A stretch of DNA of 64,000 nt, taken from contig CDRNST010000040.1 in assembly GCA_977016875.1 (NCBI GenBank), forward strand, positions 930,001 through 994,000, written 5' to 3'. A program made the translations under genes and the position numbers. The notes under the pieces are model-generated. The model saw nothing but the letters and a program-made list of their open reading frames with translations, was not told the DNA's origin and did no database searches. Source of the stretch: Pavona decussata (taxonomy: Eukaryota). Shown in pieces: positions 1 to 12,600 of this stretch (its first letter is position 1; every line of letters starts with the position of its first letter).

Positions 1-561
1 TCATAGCGACCACTTTTCATAAGCGACCACCTCCCGTAAGCGACCACTTCGTAAACAACCATTTTGTCTCTCAATTAAATACTGTTTCAAGAGCTTTCTC
101 TTAAGCAACCATCACTCAAATTTCTTAAGGCACCGCGATCACTTTTTAGGCCAGAAATTACACATATTCTTTTGTTTTCTGTTTCCAGTAAGCGACGACC
201 CAACATAATCATGTATGATCATTAGTAAATCATTACTCAGATTTTTAATGACGCTACCCCGGACTGCTGACAGATGATAACAGTTTACAGTAGAGAAGAT
301 AGGTAAATGGGAATTGTTACAGTGATCTGTTCCAAAATATTATAGAAAGTTTCATCGGAAGAATGAATACTGAGATGTGAGCAAATCAAATAAATCAGTT
401 TCTATTTGCCTAATTTTAGCTACTAAGGTAATATTATTATGTAATTAATTAATCAATCCAGTATTAGGCTTATTTTGTTGATCTTTCCCGTAAGTGACCA
501 CCCCCTGTAAGCAACCACTTTGTCACGCCCCAAGGGTGTTCGCTTTCAAGAGAGTTGACTG
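1..561. mobile_element. Tc1/pogo-type MITE, left end outside the window
   Basis: Repeated TAAGCGACCAC subterminal motifs, right end GAGAGTTGACTG|TA. Confidence 0.65.
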
Positions 562-727
562 TATTTCAAATTTCTGAGACAAGAAGAGAGCTGTCACTAT
601 AAAGCTTTGGTGACAGTGGTGCCTTGTATGCGCCAGCTTACAAAGCAAAATTTTTCGAAACTTACATTGTAGAGCGGCGAGACAAACACTATAAAAAGTT
701 ATGTTTGTAAAAACTAGTCATAGTTTG

Positions 728-1239
728 AGAATGATTATTATTCAGTAAGTGACACAGGCATACACTTGGAAAAAAATCGGGGCGGAGTGCTTCCGATTAG
801 TTATAGTTTCTATTTTTTGCTGTTATTAAATTTAATTTAGTAGTAGATTAGTATTTTAATAATATAATTTATGCAATTTTAGTATTTACATTAAGTCCTG
901 ATGTTTTTTACCCGTGTATAAATAAAGTTAAATAAATAAATCAATCAATCAATAAATAAATAAATTACTAGTTCAGATGCTCTACCACTGAGCTACAGGA
1001 GACTCGTGGGAGATAAGGCCATTAAACTAGGTTCATGGGACAAACATCCTGCATACTGCTAGGACTGGAGTCATGTGTAGAATAAATGAGAATGATGTAT
1101 TATTCAGTGACAGAGGCATACTCAGAAAAAAATCTCAGCGCTGCTATTGGGAGTCGAACCTAAGACCTTCTGATTACTAGTTCGGATGCTCTGTCGCTGA
1201 GATACAGGAGTCTCGTGGGAGCTAAGGCCATTAAACTAG
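728..1239 (-). mobile_element. Two tandem tRNA-derived SINE copies; the first is split by an AT-rich insert
   Basis: Minus-strand box A TAGCTCAGTGGTAGAGC and box B GGTTCGACTCC, with a shared leader TTTAATGGCCTTA.CTCCCACGAG. Confidence 0.75.
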
Positions 1240-1867
1240 TCATAGTCTTTTGAAATGCTAAGTTCAAACCAATGCAAGAAACCACTTTCATAAAAGGACA
1301 GAACTGTTACATGTAACTAATACAATTATTTTATATTTTTGGAAAGCTGTGCCAATGTCCATGTAAAGCGACACGCTTGTTTCAGGTCATTTTCATTGAC
1401 CAATCAAGGCTATTGATGGCCTGAGAAATACATTAATCCAACACAACCTGGAGGCTGTTGATTTGAGGGAGGTGTTTAGTCAAGTGTATAATAAGGAGCC
1501 CAGTTTTCATTTTAACTGTGTTTCTTCTTGTATTTCAGATTATCTGTTTCTGCTGTAGTAATGTCATATCTACAAAGTCCACAACCAATGGCTGCATCGT
1601 GGTAGCAGTAACTTGACCATTCAGCAGTGATCTGTGATACGAGCGAGCGGAGATGTTATTAATGTAAAGCGAACGGTGTCCGCAGAGTACTACAAAAAAA
1701 CATTTGTACTGCAATCGTGATATACTCTTTGGTAGGATATACAACTTTGAACATTGCCTAAAGACAGCTTCTGTAATGTATACGTATACATGTACATTAA
1801 AAATTTTTGGTTGGATAGGACCAGCTATTGTCTTTTAATCTGAAAACACTTCACAGTTCTTTCTTGC

Positions 1868-1868
<1 letters not shown>

Positions 1869-1949
<81 letters not shown>
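1869..1949. repeat. (TTA)n microsatellite
   Basis: About 27 TTA units with one interruption. Confidence 0.95.
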
Positions 1950-2102
1950 GCTACTTTGGTTTAAACAGAAAAACCATTAAAACAAAAAAAAAATAAACAT
2001 TTCTTAAATGAAGCAAAGTTTAAGAGTTTATTGTTTTTTGCACATCTTGCACAGAAAGTACAACAGGTACACGCGCAGGCAGGTAAAACAATTTACAACT
2101 AA

Positions 2103-2894
2103 GGGACTGGTCATAAAGTACAGGGGGGGGTGGGCTGGAAAAAAAGGGGGGGTGGGTCACTGTTTTCATGCATGTAAAAAGGGGTGGGCTAGCAAAAACC
2201 ATGCATCATTAAAGGGGTGGGGCACATAATATTTTTGCACATGTTTTGCATCAAATGGTGCCTTTTGCCAGTAAAAGTGTGAAATGTATTAACAGTAAAA
2301 GCACAAATTATAATTGTGTAGTTTCAGAAAATATCCATCCCCCATCACAGAGGGAATTTATAAAAGGACGCCCTACCGCCAGGAACTTCCAAGTTTCTTT
2401 CATACAATCTCTGTAATTTTGTTCTTTCTCTTACCACCATCCCCTCCAGAATCTTGAATTCCCTCCATGGGTGGGGTAAGGATATTTTCTGGAACTACAC
2501 ATTCTATCAAGAAAAGGGCAAGTTCACTCGCATCCATTAAAATGAACAACTATGATTCCATGTGGTTATTAATGATACATATTAGATGCACATTATCTTC
2601 TCAAAATCATTTCAGGTATTTCAACAAAAATAGATCTCATGCAATGATAAACTTCAAAAACAAGACTTTGTGCATGTGTGCTCCTTCCTCTATCATACTT
2701 GTCCTCTAATTTGTCTAGTTTTATGTATAGTCTTACCTTTATTTACTAGGGGTGGGTCATTTCATTTTTTACCTGAAAAATATGGGTGGGCCATGCATTA
2801 TTCTGCAAAAATATGAGGGTGGGTCACACAAAACTAGCCTTCGTAAAAATGAATTTTTCCAGCCCACCCCCCCCGGTACTTTATGACCAGTCCC
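2103..2894. mobile_element. PIF/Harbinger-type MITE with a nested small TIR element (about 2314-2502)
   Basis: TAA|GGGACTGGTCATAAAGTAC...GTACTTTATGACCAGTCCC|TAA. Nested TGTGTAGTTTCAGAAAATATCC...GGATATTTTCTGGAACTACACA. Confidence 0.85.
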
Positions 2895-3849
2895 TAAGCT
2901 TGCATTTATGGCCAATTTTGCCAATCTGTTTGTAGCTGTGCTACAGACCAGAACTAGTTTCATTATTAAAAGGTCCAATATAGTCTCGAGGGAAACAGTT
3001 TTATCTCCTGAGAATCTGTTTTTACCTAAACAAAGTTTAGAGAAACATTGAAATTCGAGAGAAAAGTTAAGTGCTTTACGAGCGACAAGTCCCAAAGTGT
3101 TTTGTTATGTACATGTATAACAAAGCCATTTAATAGATCAAGCGTGAAAATCTAATCATCAGTATATTTATTGAACTACGGGCTGACTCCGACGACGTCA
3201 TACCACCTTCGGTCACCCTCTGTTCACGTGAAACAGGAGTCAGCATTCACTGATAACGAATCTTTGTTACCCTCTGACGTCATAGTTTTCGCAATGTTGA
3301 TCGCTCATGCATGTCCATACATTCCCTTATCCTACTGAATTCCGAAAACTATAGCAACGGTCACACATCAGACTCATACTTTGTGTAGACTCCCTGTGGT
3401 GAAAAATGCAACTATCTGTTAGGACTCAACTTAGCAACTAAGAGCACGTTTTGAGTCCGGCTCTGACTTTCAACTCGTAAGCATACCGTATCATATAAAG
3501 AGGGGAGAGGAACGGGCAGTTAAATTTCTTTTCTCCATATTTTTTTCCCTATTTTCTTCCTCCTCCCTAATTTTTTTTGGCCGTTTCTCCCTCCTCCCTG
3601 ATTTTTCACCTTTCTCCCTGATAAGTCTTTTAAGAGGCTTATTTTATTTGCTACTCACCACAGTGCCTCGTTTCCGTGGCATGTCTTAAAAGAAGGAAAA
3701 ACGTACGAAACACGTTTGTCACGTTGTTATATCTCGTTCTTTCCGTACTACCTTTCGGTTTTGTCACGTAAGTTTGAAGCTTTGATGTTTACAAAATTTA
3801 TTTTAACTACCGTGTAAAGATGGTAAAATAATGATTACAGGCCAAACAC

Positions 3850-4320
3850 GGCTCCTATTGGTCGAGATAGGAAGAATATGACCTTCAAAGCTAATTTGCT
3901 ACCACGAGTACGTCTTTCAAAATCTCCTTTTTCTGTACGAAAGTAGGGAAGGGTCTCTCTAAGCAGAGGCTGATTTTCTATCAAGTGCCACTTACTCATC
4001 TGAATGGTTTTTAGATTAGGCGCAGAAGGGCCCCTTCTGCGCCTATATTCGATATAGCGATATTCTGTAACAAACGGCAAAATGTTTTTGCGCCTCTTTT
4101 GTTTGTTTTGTAGGGCCGACATCCTTTCTGAGAGAGTTTTATCTGTAAGGTTATCGGGGAAACCTCTGTAGGTCCTGTAGAGTAATAATCTCTGTTTGAA
4201 TAGAGTAATATTTTCTTCAAATGTTCTTTTTGAAGTGTTTTTTCTGAAAAGTCTTAAGGCTTCCCCTTTGACAAGGCCTGAACTGGAAAGTTTCTGTCAA
4301 TTTAAAGTGCGTCCGCACGT
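3850..4320 (-). mobile_element. Degraded 3' fragment of a Penelope-like RT element
   Basis: Frameshifted pieces GEALRL...TFEENIT..., KNILPFVTEY..PSAPNLK..MSKWHLIENQPLLRE, LKDVLV. Confidence 0.7.
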
Positions 4321-4841
4321 AAAAAATAAATTCTTTCTTTAATCTTTCGCCTTAAGGTGCACATGTGTAAAGGAAAGTGATTTGGATGTTTGAAATTCTT
4401 TCCACATGTTTGTTTAGTTTCGGTTCATGGAACGCAGAGAGTGCCTTACGCGTAGTTTGTTTTACATCAGTGCTTTTTCGCGTTTCAAGTCGTTGAATTC
4501 TGCGAAGTTTGATTGCGGTAATGTCTTTTGGAAGCACTAATGTTGATGCAGTGAGTAGTCCTTCTTCATTCATAATATTATTTTTCCCCATATTATCTAT
4601 CAAGCAAGACTGCAGTTTCGATTCTGTCAGTGAATCTCATCAGTTGCTACTGAGTTAAGGTTTTGAGGAATGATTGTGAAGGATAGCCTCATTCCGTAGA
4701 AAGTGAGGCGTGCAGCCATTTAAGTACTCGTTCGGCGGATCGAGAATCAAGGATTTCTATTCGCTTAAGAGGTGGTTGTATATTCGATCCTGAGTGAAGT
4801 TGTGTGTCTTGAGAAGGTGTTAGAACATTTTATCCAGCAAG

Positions 4842-5621
4842 CAGGCCCGTAGCAGGGGGAGGGGCAGAGGGGGCTTAAGCCCCCCCAGAATTTTTGGAAG
4901 TTACAAAACAATTTGCCAAAAAAAAAAATAATTAAACCAAATTAATGCGCAGCAATTAGTCTTTAACTCTGACGCTGCAAATGCCTTTTCACAACCCTTC
5001 AAAAATGTGTTTACTACCTGTCAGTTTCCTTCGCTAACAGTTTGTTTTTATATACAAGGTATATAAGGTACTCCTACCTTGTGAATCGGAAATAAGAATC
5101 AAAATGGATCGAAATCAACAAATCTTAAGCCCCAAAAGCTGTTGAGATAAACTACTTGTTTTCTAAGACATCCCCTCATTTATAGCATACAAACGTCCTT
5201 AGACCTCCTTAGTGTATAACAATTTAGTGTTCGCGCGTTGTCGAAAGAAACACAAATATTTCCTCTCAAGAGCCAGAGAAAAAATTCTCCCACAGTCGGA
5301 TTCTCACTTCCCGGTTCAAGCCAAATTTTAAAAGAGAAAGAAAAAATTGTCGTCGTTTGTTTACGTCCTCCTTCAAACGTAAAACTGGTAGTGCACGTAA
5401 AAGAAACGGCAAAATAATGTACCAAAAAGTGTGATGCAGGTGCAAAGTTATTGTTTTACTTACTAAATCTACTGTTTTTTTTTTTTTTTTTTTTGATAAT
5501 CTCGTTGCATCTTAAACTCCCTAATCAGTCTGTTTTTTGGGGGTGACGCGGGGGGTGGGGGTAGTTTTGTTTAACCATTTTGCTAAGCCCCCTCAGTTGT
5601 TTTAGCCTTGCTACGGGCCTG
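4842..5621. mobile_element. hAT-like MITE (CAGG termini) containing a nested repeat
   Basis: TIR CAGGCCCGTAGCA...TGCTACGGGCCTG. No clean 8-bp TSD. Confidence 0.65.
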
Positions 5622-6626
5622 GCCAAGTGAGATTTTTAGTTCTGCAGCATGGGCCGCTAGTTCGTTAGCAACAGAGTATCCTTCAATCTGTAAAACACCA
5701 TGGCCTTGGCTTTGATCGTGACCTCGACAATAGCGATTCAGTTAATTTGAACTGAAAGTTGAAATGATCTAAAATCAATCTATGCATCGGGTGTAATTCA
5801 CTGAACTTGTAGAGTTTATTTCATATTACTGAGTGTTAATTCTTCTGATGTTTCGGCGTTAGGTCAATAAGGTCATAAACCTTGCAGCGTTAATTTAGCC
5901 TTATACAAATAATAAAAAAAAAGCAAGGAAGGAGACTTTCGTGATTCAATTTCAAAACAATCTTGAGTTCAGTAACACCGTGAACGGCTTTCACATAAAA
6001 GTAACATTTACGCACCTTGATACTCAAAAAACTCCGAAAACTTCAGATTCGTTAAAACCGACACCACACAAAAGAAGTCACAAAAGCCCAGCCGGAAATC
6101 AGACAGATCAGTGCGAAACCGCTCGGCCAAGACTGGGTACGGTGTACAAATGATGACCTCACAAGACTCACAAGGGGAGGGCAAGAAAGTGTTGAGATTA
6201 CATGCAAGGACTCTTACATACACGTGACTTGCAGTTGAGTAACTGAGTCAGTAGGTCCTTGGAATTAAGAGCTACTAAGGCCTTAAACATTCATGCCACA
6301 TTTTTTTTAAAGAACATTTTCCGTCCTCCCTTTTTATGCTGGTTCTCCCGTCTCCCTAATTTTTTGCTTCCTTTCTCCCTCCTCCCTATCTTTTTTGGCC
6401 GTCTTTCCCTCCTCCCTAAACCGTTCCTCTTCCCTCTATAAAACAAAACAAACCCACCACAATCAAATCATAATGATGACATATGCGGAGAGAGCAGGAC
6501 ACGAAACTTTTGAATGCTAGGGACCGCTCGACGCAAAAATAAACTGTTCTGAATACTTTAATTTTCGTTGCCGGATCTATTCACTTGCCAGGCGTTCCTA
6601 AACTGATTGAAGGTCTGACATTACGG

Positions 6627-6754
6627 CAAAGGGCAATTTTTTGGGGCCAGTATTTCAACTAGTACCATCGTGGATCGTCTTTTTATGATCCATGGTACCA
6701 CTAGTCTACTGAGTGGTACTAGTTGAAATATAGGCCACAAAAAATTGCCCTTTG
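6627..6754. repeat. Foldback/hairpin (short MITE-like)
   Basis: CAAAGGGCAATTTTTT.GGCC..TATTTCAACTAGTACCA ... TGGTACTAGTTGAAATA..GGCC.CAAAAAATTGCCCTTTG. Confidence 0.75.
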
Positions 6755-6925
6755 GTTTATTAGAGCAAGAGACATTATGCTTGTACGGCTATTTCTCTTC
6801 TTGCATCTCAACAGGTTTTTGGAAGATAGGTTAGTGGCTCCCATAGTGGAGGAACTTTTCCAGTGTGCATCGCTAAGAAGATTGGTTTGTTTTCGTTTCC
6901 AAATTTTGTCTACGAAATTTTTCTT

Positions 6926-7172
6926 CAGGCCCCAGTTGTTCAAATGGCTTATAATTTTATCCACTGGATAGCTCGCTATCCGGCAGATAGAATGTGTGTA
7001 AGATTTTCCCGATAGTCCTATAATTTGTGAATAGAGTAGAAGCAAATGTCAAATTTAAGAATGGGATTGTGTGGAATACTTGCCAAAAGCATTGATTCGA
7101 GTACATTTGCTCCTCTGGATAGTGACTTATCCAGTGGATAAAGTTATCCACTCTTTGATCAACTGGGGCCAG
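6926..7172. mobile_element. MITE with GGCCCCAGTTG TIRs and TATCCA-TGGATA internal palindromes
   Basis: CAGGCCCCAGTTG...CAACTGGGGCCAG. Confidence 0.7.
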
Positions 7173-9574
7173 ATGTCCAAATTCTTTCCTAAACTCCGAT
7201 ATGAAGGAGCGATGGTGCTGAAGGTCAACTGTTCCCGTCACCAAGAAATGTTCCTCCACACTGCAACATATAGGGTGGACCACTACTGATACCAAATACT
7301 CGATATCGTCGAAAAATATCGATACTGGCGAGAAAAATTGGCTGTTTCGATCCCTTTCGATACTGTTCACGTGACCACCCACTTGAAGGCTGTTTTAGAG
7401 CCAAACAATAATATATTTTTCCGTTTGTGTATGTGTTGTTGCACTGACCCTGAAGGACTATCACAAAATCAAAGTGGAAACACTGTAGCTAGGGCTGTGT
7501 TTGTTGTTGTTGTGTTGTTGTTTAAGCCTGGTTTACACTGCGACATAAGTAGTATAACGAAACGATGAATTAGGACCCTTACCAGCCAAATAGAAAATTG
7601 AGGACGATAACCATGCATTTTTCAGAGACATAAGAGCAACAAGAACAATAAAAGCCTCAAAATACATTGAAATACCCGCAAAAAAATACTTCGTTTTTTG
7701 AAGCCTACTGAGGGTGTCTCTCTGTAAATATGCGTGGCTACTCCCAGTTTTCTCTTTCAGATTCCAAAAAAACGTTACTACGATCCTCTTTTTCCACATA
7801 GTTGCAAACCGGGCGTAAATACTTTTGTATTTAGGGGAACTGTCCAGAATCCAGAATCCACTTTTCACTGTTTCTAGACAGAACACTAATCAGCTTAAAA
7901 ACGCTTTCGTAGCTGAAGTGTTTTCCATTTAATGTTTCAAGAGGAAATTGGAAATGTTTGAACTCTGATGGCCCCTAGCTAGACCGCTACGTTTACCACG
8001 AATTTGCATAGCTTGATTTTTCTTTACCAATAATGTTCAGTTCATTTTGTGGGGAATTTATAATTATCAGTGCAACTTCCCTGCTATTGAATAAGGCTCC
8101 TAATGAAATGAAATGATAAACAGCTGAGATTCCATGTACACAGAAGAAATCCCTGAACATATCATTCACCACTGCATGAGTAGAAGTCCTCGATGATTCT
8201 GGCCTCCACACGATCACCTGACAGTCACGTGATTTGTGTAATAAAAGCCGTCAGACAAGAACCTTGTTTAATGGCATAGCTCTCACGAGTCTCCTGTAAT
8301 TCAGTGTTAGAGGAGTGTACGTCGAATCCTCTATACTCCTGTTGGGAAATCTCGGATTTTCTTTTACCGAGTATGTCGGTGTCAATCAGTGAATTATAAA
8401 TCATTCTCGAGGTTTATTTTTCTAATAAAAGCTAATAACTCTATACCTTTTGTTCTAATTGATATATGACCTTTTGTAGTTAACCGAAAATAATTTTCTG
8501 AGTAATCCCTGTGTGAGCTTTTATGAAATGTAATGAAAAATTGTTAAGCGATCAGAAAGATTTCTAGGATACGTAACTGATATTTGAACTTCTGCAATAA
8601 AGCACTTATAATAGAGCAAAAACAAAATACTGAAACGTTAAAACAAGGAGTGAAAGATCACTACTATACAATTCATTCACTTTTCCTTACGAAATGGTCT
8701 TTCAATGTGCTGAATATATCAATGTTACTTAACCCCGAGCCGTATCTCATTATAATGCACTTTATTACTATTTAAATCTTTTGTTCCTCCCTGTTTGCTC
8801 GAGTTTAATAGACAATAACAATAAGAGTTTGTTTCACGGTTTAGGTGAAATTAATATAATGAAGAATATCAGAAACATTGCACAAGTATACAGAGGTTCC
8901 AACGCAAAACAAGTTAAAAGTCTTAAATTTTTTCTTTACAATCTTGATAGAGCAGAGCAGGACAAAAAACAAAACAAAAAACGTAGTTAAAATATAATAA
9001 ATCTGTGCATTTTGGGTTCCTCGTGCTCAGCACCATTGATATAAAAAACTGGAAAAAGAATCGAAAACCTTGTTATTAAACTGGCTCCGTGTATCTTGCT
9101 GAATTAAGTTAAAACGGAGCTGGCCATCTTAATTCGCAACGCAGAGCAAGTCACACGAAAGGCTTACAAACTGGTTTTGTTGTAAGACAAAAGGCTTGTT
9201 TGCTATAATTCAATAGTGGAATTTATCCAGTTGTCTTGACCATTATTTGAATTAAATGCTATTCCAGTGCAATGGATCATTTATACAAACATGGCGCGTT
9301 AGACATTGCGAAAAGCTAACATAAGCAAATTATTCCCGGAGTCAATTTCAACATTAGGTGAATAGAATTGCGAGCGCTTTTGTTACCAAGCAAACTAAGC
9401 AAACAATGCGTTTTAGCTGATTTAAATCCCTTTCAGATGTAATTGGTTTGCTATTTGTGTGTAAGTAACCTTTCCACGTATAACTGGATTGCTCCGGACA
9501 CACCGTCTTGCATACCTCTCTTCTGACCACTCACCTCTCAGATATTGGATTTATTTCACTCTAATGCAGTCAAT

Positions 9575-9624
9575 ATGGCAATAATACCGCTAATTGTGTT
9601 CTTTGTTGCTGCTTGGAACTATCG
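9575..9624 (+). CDS. Exon 1: signal peptide MAIIPLIVFFVAAWNY(R)
   Basis: Hydrophobic N-terminus, donor CG|GTAAGT (phase 2), matches the phase of exon 2. Confidence 0.75.
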
Positions 9625-12600
9625 GTAAGTACGAAAATCATCCATAAGCCATATAATCTCTTCTTAAATTTCTTTCAGTTATTGAAGCTACAGAAGCAAA
9701 ATAAGTTGCGACAAATTGTGTTATCTGAATACAGACAGATCAGATCAGTTTTAGGCTATCTTTTTTGTAGCCAACCAGCTATTTCAAATACAACGAAAAT
9801 GCGTATCATTGTTTTGAAAGGAATAATTATGCGATAGCTTTTGTAAAACTTAGAATTTTTGCCTCGCGTAGCAATTGTGTGAAAAACAAGTGTTTGAGTC
9901 TATTAAAGTAAATTGGGTTAGCTTTTGAAGAGAGATAGATACAAATCAGACGATCACTGATTTCGGGCTTAAAAAGGAACGAAATACATGTTTAACTTCT
10001 TGTGATATCTTCTTAATCCTATTCAATGTCACCTCCCCTGATTTATGGCAACTTTGGCAAGTAGTTTTATTCACCATTTAGACTGAGTTACCGCCTTCAA
10101 TCTGATTCAGTTTTTATTAGGACACCTAAAGCTTTCATATACAGAGGGTCTTGTAAAGTAGCCAAAAGAAAAGGTTTTCCGAGTAGTAACATAATGAACA
10201 GCGCACGTGTCTTTTCATTTCCATGTATGGTAACCGTGTAATTTCACGTATACATTCTAAAAATTTAAAGAGAATCTATATTTGTTATTGCGGTTTATTA
10301 AACTCCTCATCACGTTTTGGGTTCAAGATCAAAGGGTTATCTCTCTCCTACTATATTGTACTCTTATTTCGTACTCACAGCTTTATCCTTTCCAACATTG
10401 ATTAATGAACCCTAAAAACTGACTTATCTTATTCAATCCAAAGTTTTTCATTTCATCACCTCACCAGAGAAAAGCCTATCTGAGATAAAGGGAGACACCT
10501 TTGGGACTCATATACAGAGGGTCTAGTAAAGTAGCCAAAGAAAGGCTTTCTGACCAGTGCCTTTATGTATAGCACAACTCGAATCCTATTAATTTCCATG
10601 CTTGGTACTCGTATAATTTCACGTGTATCATATGAAGATTTAACCAAATCTATTTGTTCTTGGGTATGTTAGACTTTAGATCGTTTTTTCTCGTTTATGT
10701 TTTCGTATTGTCAGCTACTTCTCCGCGGTGTTTAAACTAACAATAACTCCTATCTTTTTCTTTCATTTAAACAGTTTAACCGAAGCTGGCGACGGAGGTA
10801 GGTTGTTGATTGTCTTTTCAGTGACTTGTCTTTTTTATTTGTTTGTTTTTTCTGTTTGTTTTGGAAGTAAATCAGTTTTTAATCAGTTCATGTGGACAGA
10901 GCAAATAAGACGCCGTGCGGCAATTAACGAATCCAACCTTGATTTTAAAACGAATGTTTTGTTTTATCAACTGAGCTGATTAAGCCGCTTTAAAAAGATT
11001 CAAAACCTGATGCCTCGAGCGTTACTCCCTTCGTCAGAGCTTAATTTTGAAAGGAAAAACGTTAAAAAATTTAGCCGAGTAGATGAAGAAACGCGTATGG
11101 CTAGTTTGCACGAAAAACGCGTGGCAACCAATTGATTGAAAACGGATTTAAATACTAAACTTTCGAATGTTTTACGAGACGGATCCTAGGTATGAAAACA
11201 GGAATAAATGCAAATCTAAGATCTTACTCTGTTGAATTCGCTTGTATCATTCATTCCCTGAGAATGGCGTCATGACGTCGCCGAAACGTCGGAACATTAT
11301 ATCGTTAGTTTTTACTTGCCTGTGAAAAAAGAAAGAAAGAAAGAAAAACTATTTTGGTCAGGGAAAGGATCGGAGTTTGGGAAACCCGGCTTCCGTCGAC
11401 TTGTGGAGACTTGATATTTGACAGAGAAATGTTTACCGATTCATGTTTTGGTGCACGGATTTAGAGATCATTTCTGTCTGTTGTTAACCTAAACTTTTCA
11501 TTTATTCAATAGCCATGTGCAAGATGAAGACTGTGGACAACAAATGCTGCGTCTTTCCTTTCGTCTACAGAGGAACAACTTATAATGCATGCGCCTCGGT
11601 CAGGGCTAGTAAACTCTGGTGCAGTCTCTCGCCAAGCTATGACGAGGATAAACAATATGGATACTGTAGAGGTACCTATACAGTAAAGTAAGGGGTAGTT
11701 GACTCTAGGGAAACCTTCAAAGGTTTGTTGTTTAAGGATGAGCAAATCCAGTAAATACTTATCGTGGAGTTTTCTGCACTAAAAAGCCTATTTCCGTATT
11801 TTGGACGCGCGCGAAATGGGGCGAGTTTCTTTCGCGCTCTCGTCCCAATTACCGCGAGGTCAAACAGCGAAGAAAAACACAAACGGAAATGCTTGCTTTG
11901 CAGGCTAGTCGATACTAAAGTAATCGATGCCTCAATTGTGGGTAAATAGTCGATACTTCCAAATGAGTATCGTTTTTTTTTTTTTTTGCGTAGCTTGTGT
12001 ACTTGAAGCATAGTTCGTGGTTAGAGGTAATTCGTATTCCTTTATCCTTCCAGACGAACTATATCACGGTAGCTCGCCTTGACAGACGAATTGCCGTAAA
12101 TAATTCGTATGGACGGATAATCCGTCTGAAAGCCCGTATTTAAACACAGACAAATTATCAGACGAAGTACCGTTCTTTGTCCAAGTTCGTCGCAGACGGA
12201 TGATCCGTCTCTAGTATTTATACTAGACAGATGATTCGTCTTGACGAATGATCCATCCCTAGTATAAATCGAGCCAAGGATTAAACCAATCAGGTAAAAG
12301 TTGAAGGAATCAAACAAACAAACAAACAAACAAACAAACACTGAAAGGTGATCATCATCAACAATATTGAGTCAGCCCTACAACGATGACTGTTTTATCT
12401 TGACAAACGTTAAAATCACGAACATATCATTGACCAGCAAAATCGATTAAACTTTTAGACGATGACTTGCAATTGGATGAAAGAGAGGAGTCTGCTCTGA
12501 AGTTTCAGAATGGTGTATGCACCTTCACTGTTGTATATGGGATTTTGCACGGAGATATAGAGGATATGACACGGCGGTGCGAAGATATGAAGTTTACTTT

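Larger units (their letters stand above)
3497..6440. mobile_element. Composite TIR element hosting nested insertions
   Basis: AGAGGGGAGAGGAACGG (about 3500) is inverted to CCGTTCCTCTTCCCTCT (6421). CTCCCTCCTCCCT subterminal repeats occur at both ends. Confidence 0.6.

Noticed and set aside
4352-4810. LINE (L1/Tx1-like) 3' remnant
   Set aside because: Only a vague resemblance, too degraded to support.
9564-9624. Alternative exon-1 frame (..LCSLLLLGTI)
   Set aside because: Contains two in-frame stops after ATG 9564 and is out of phase with the 23-nt exon 2.
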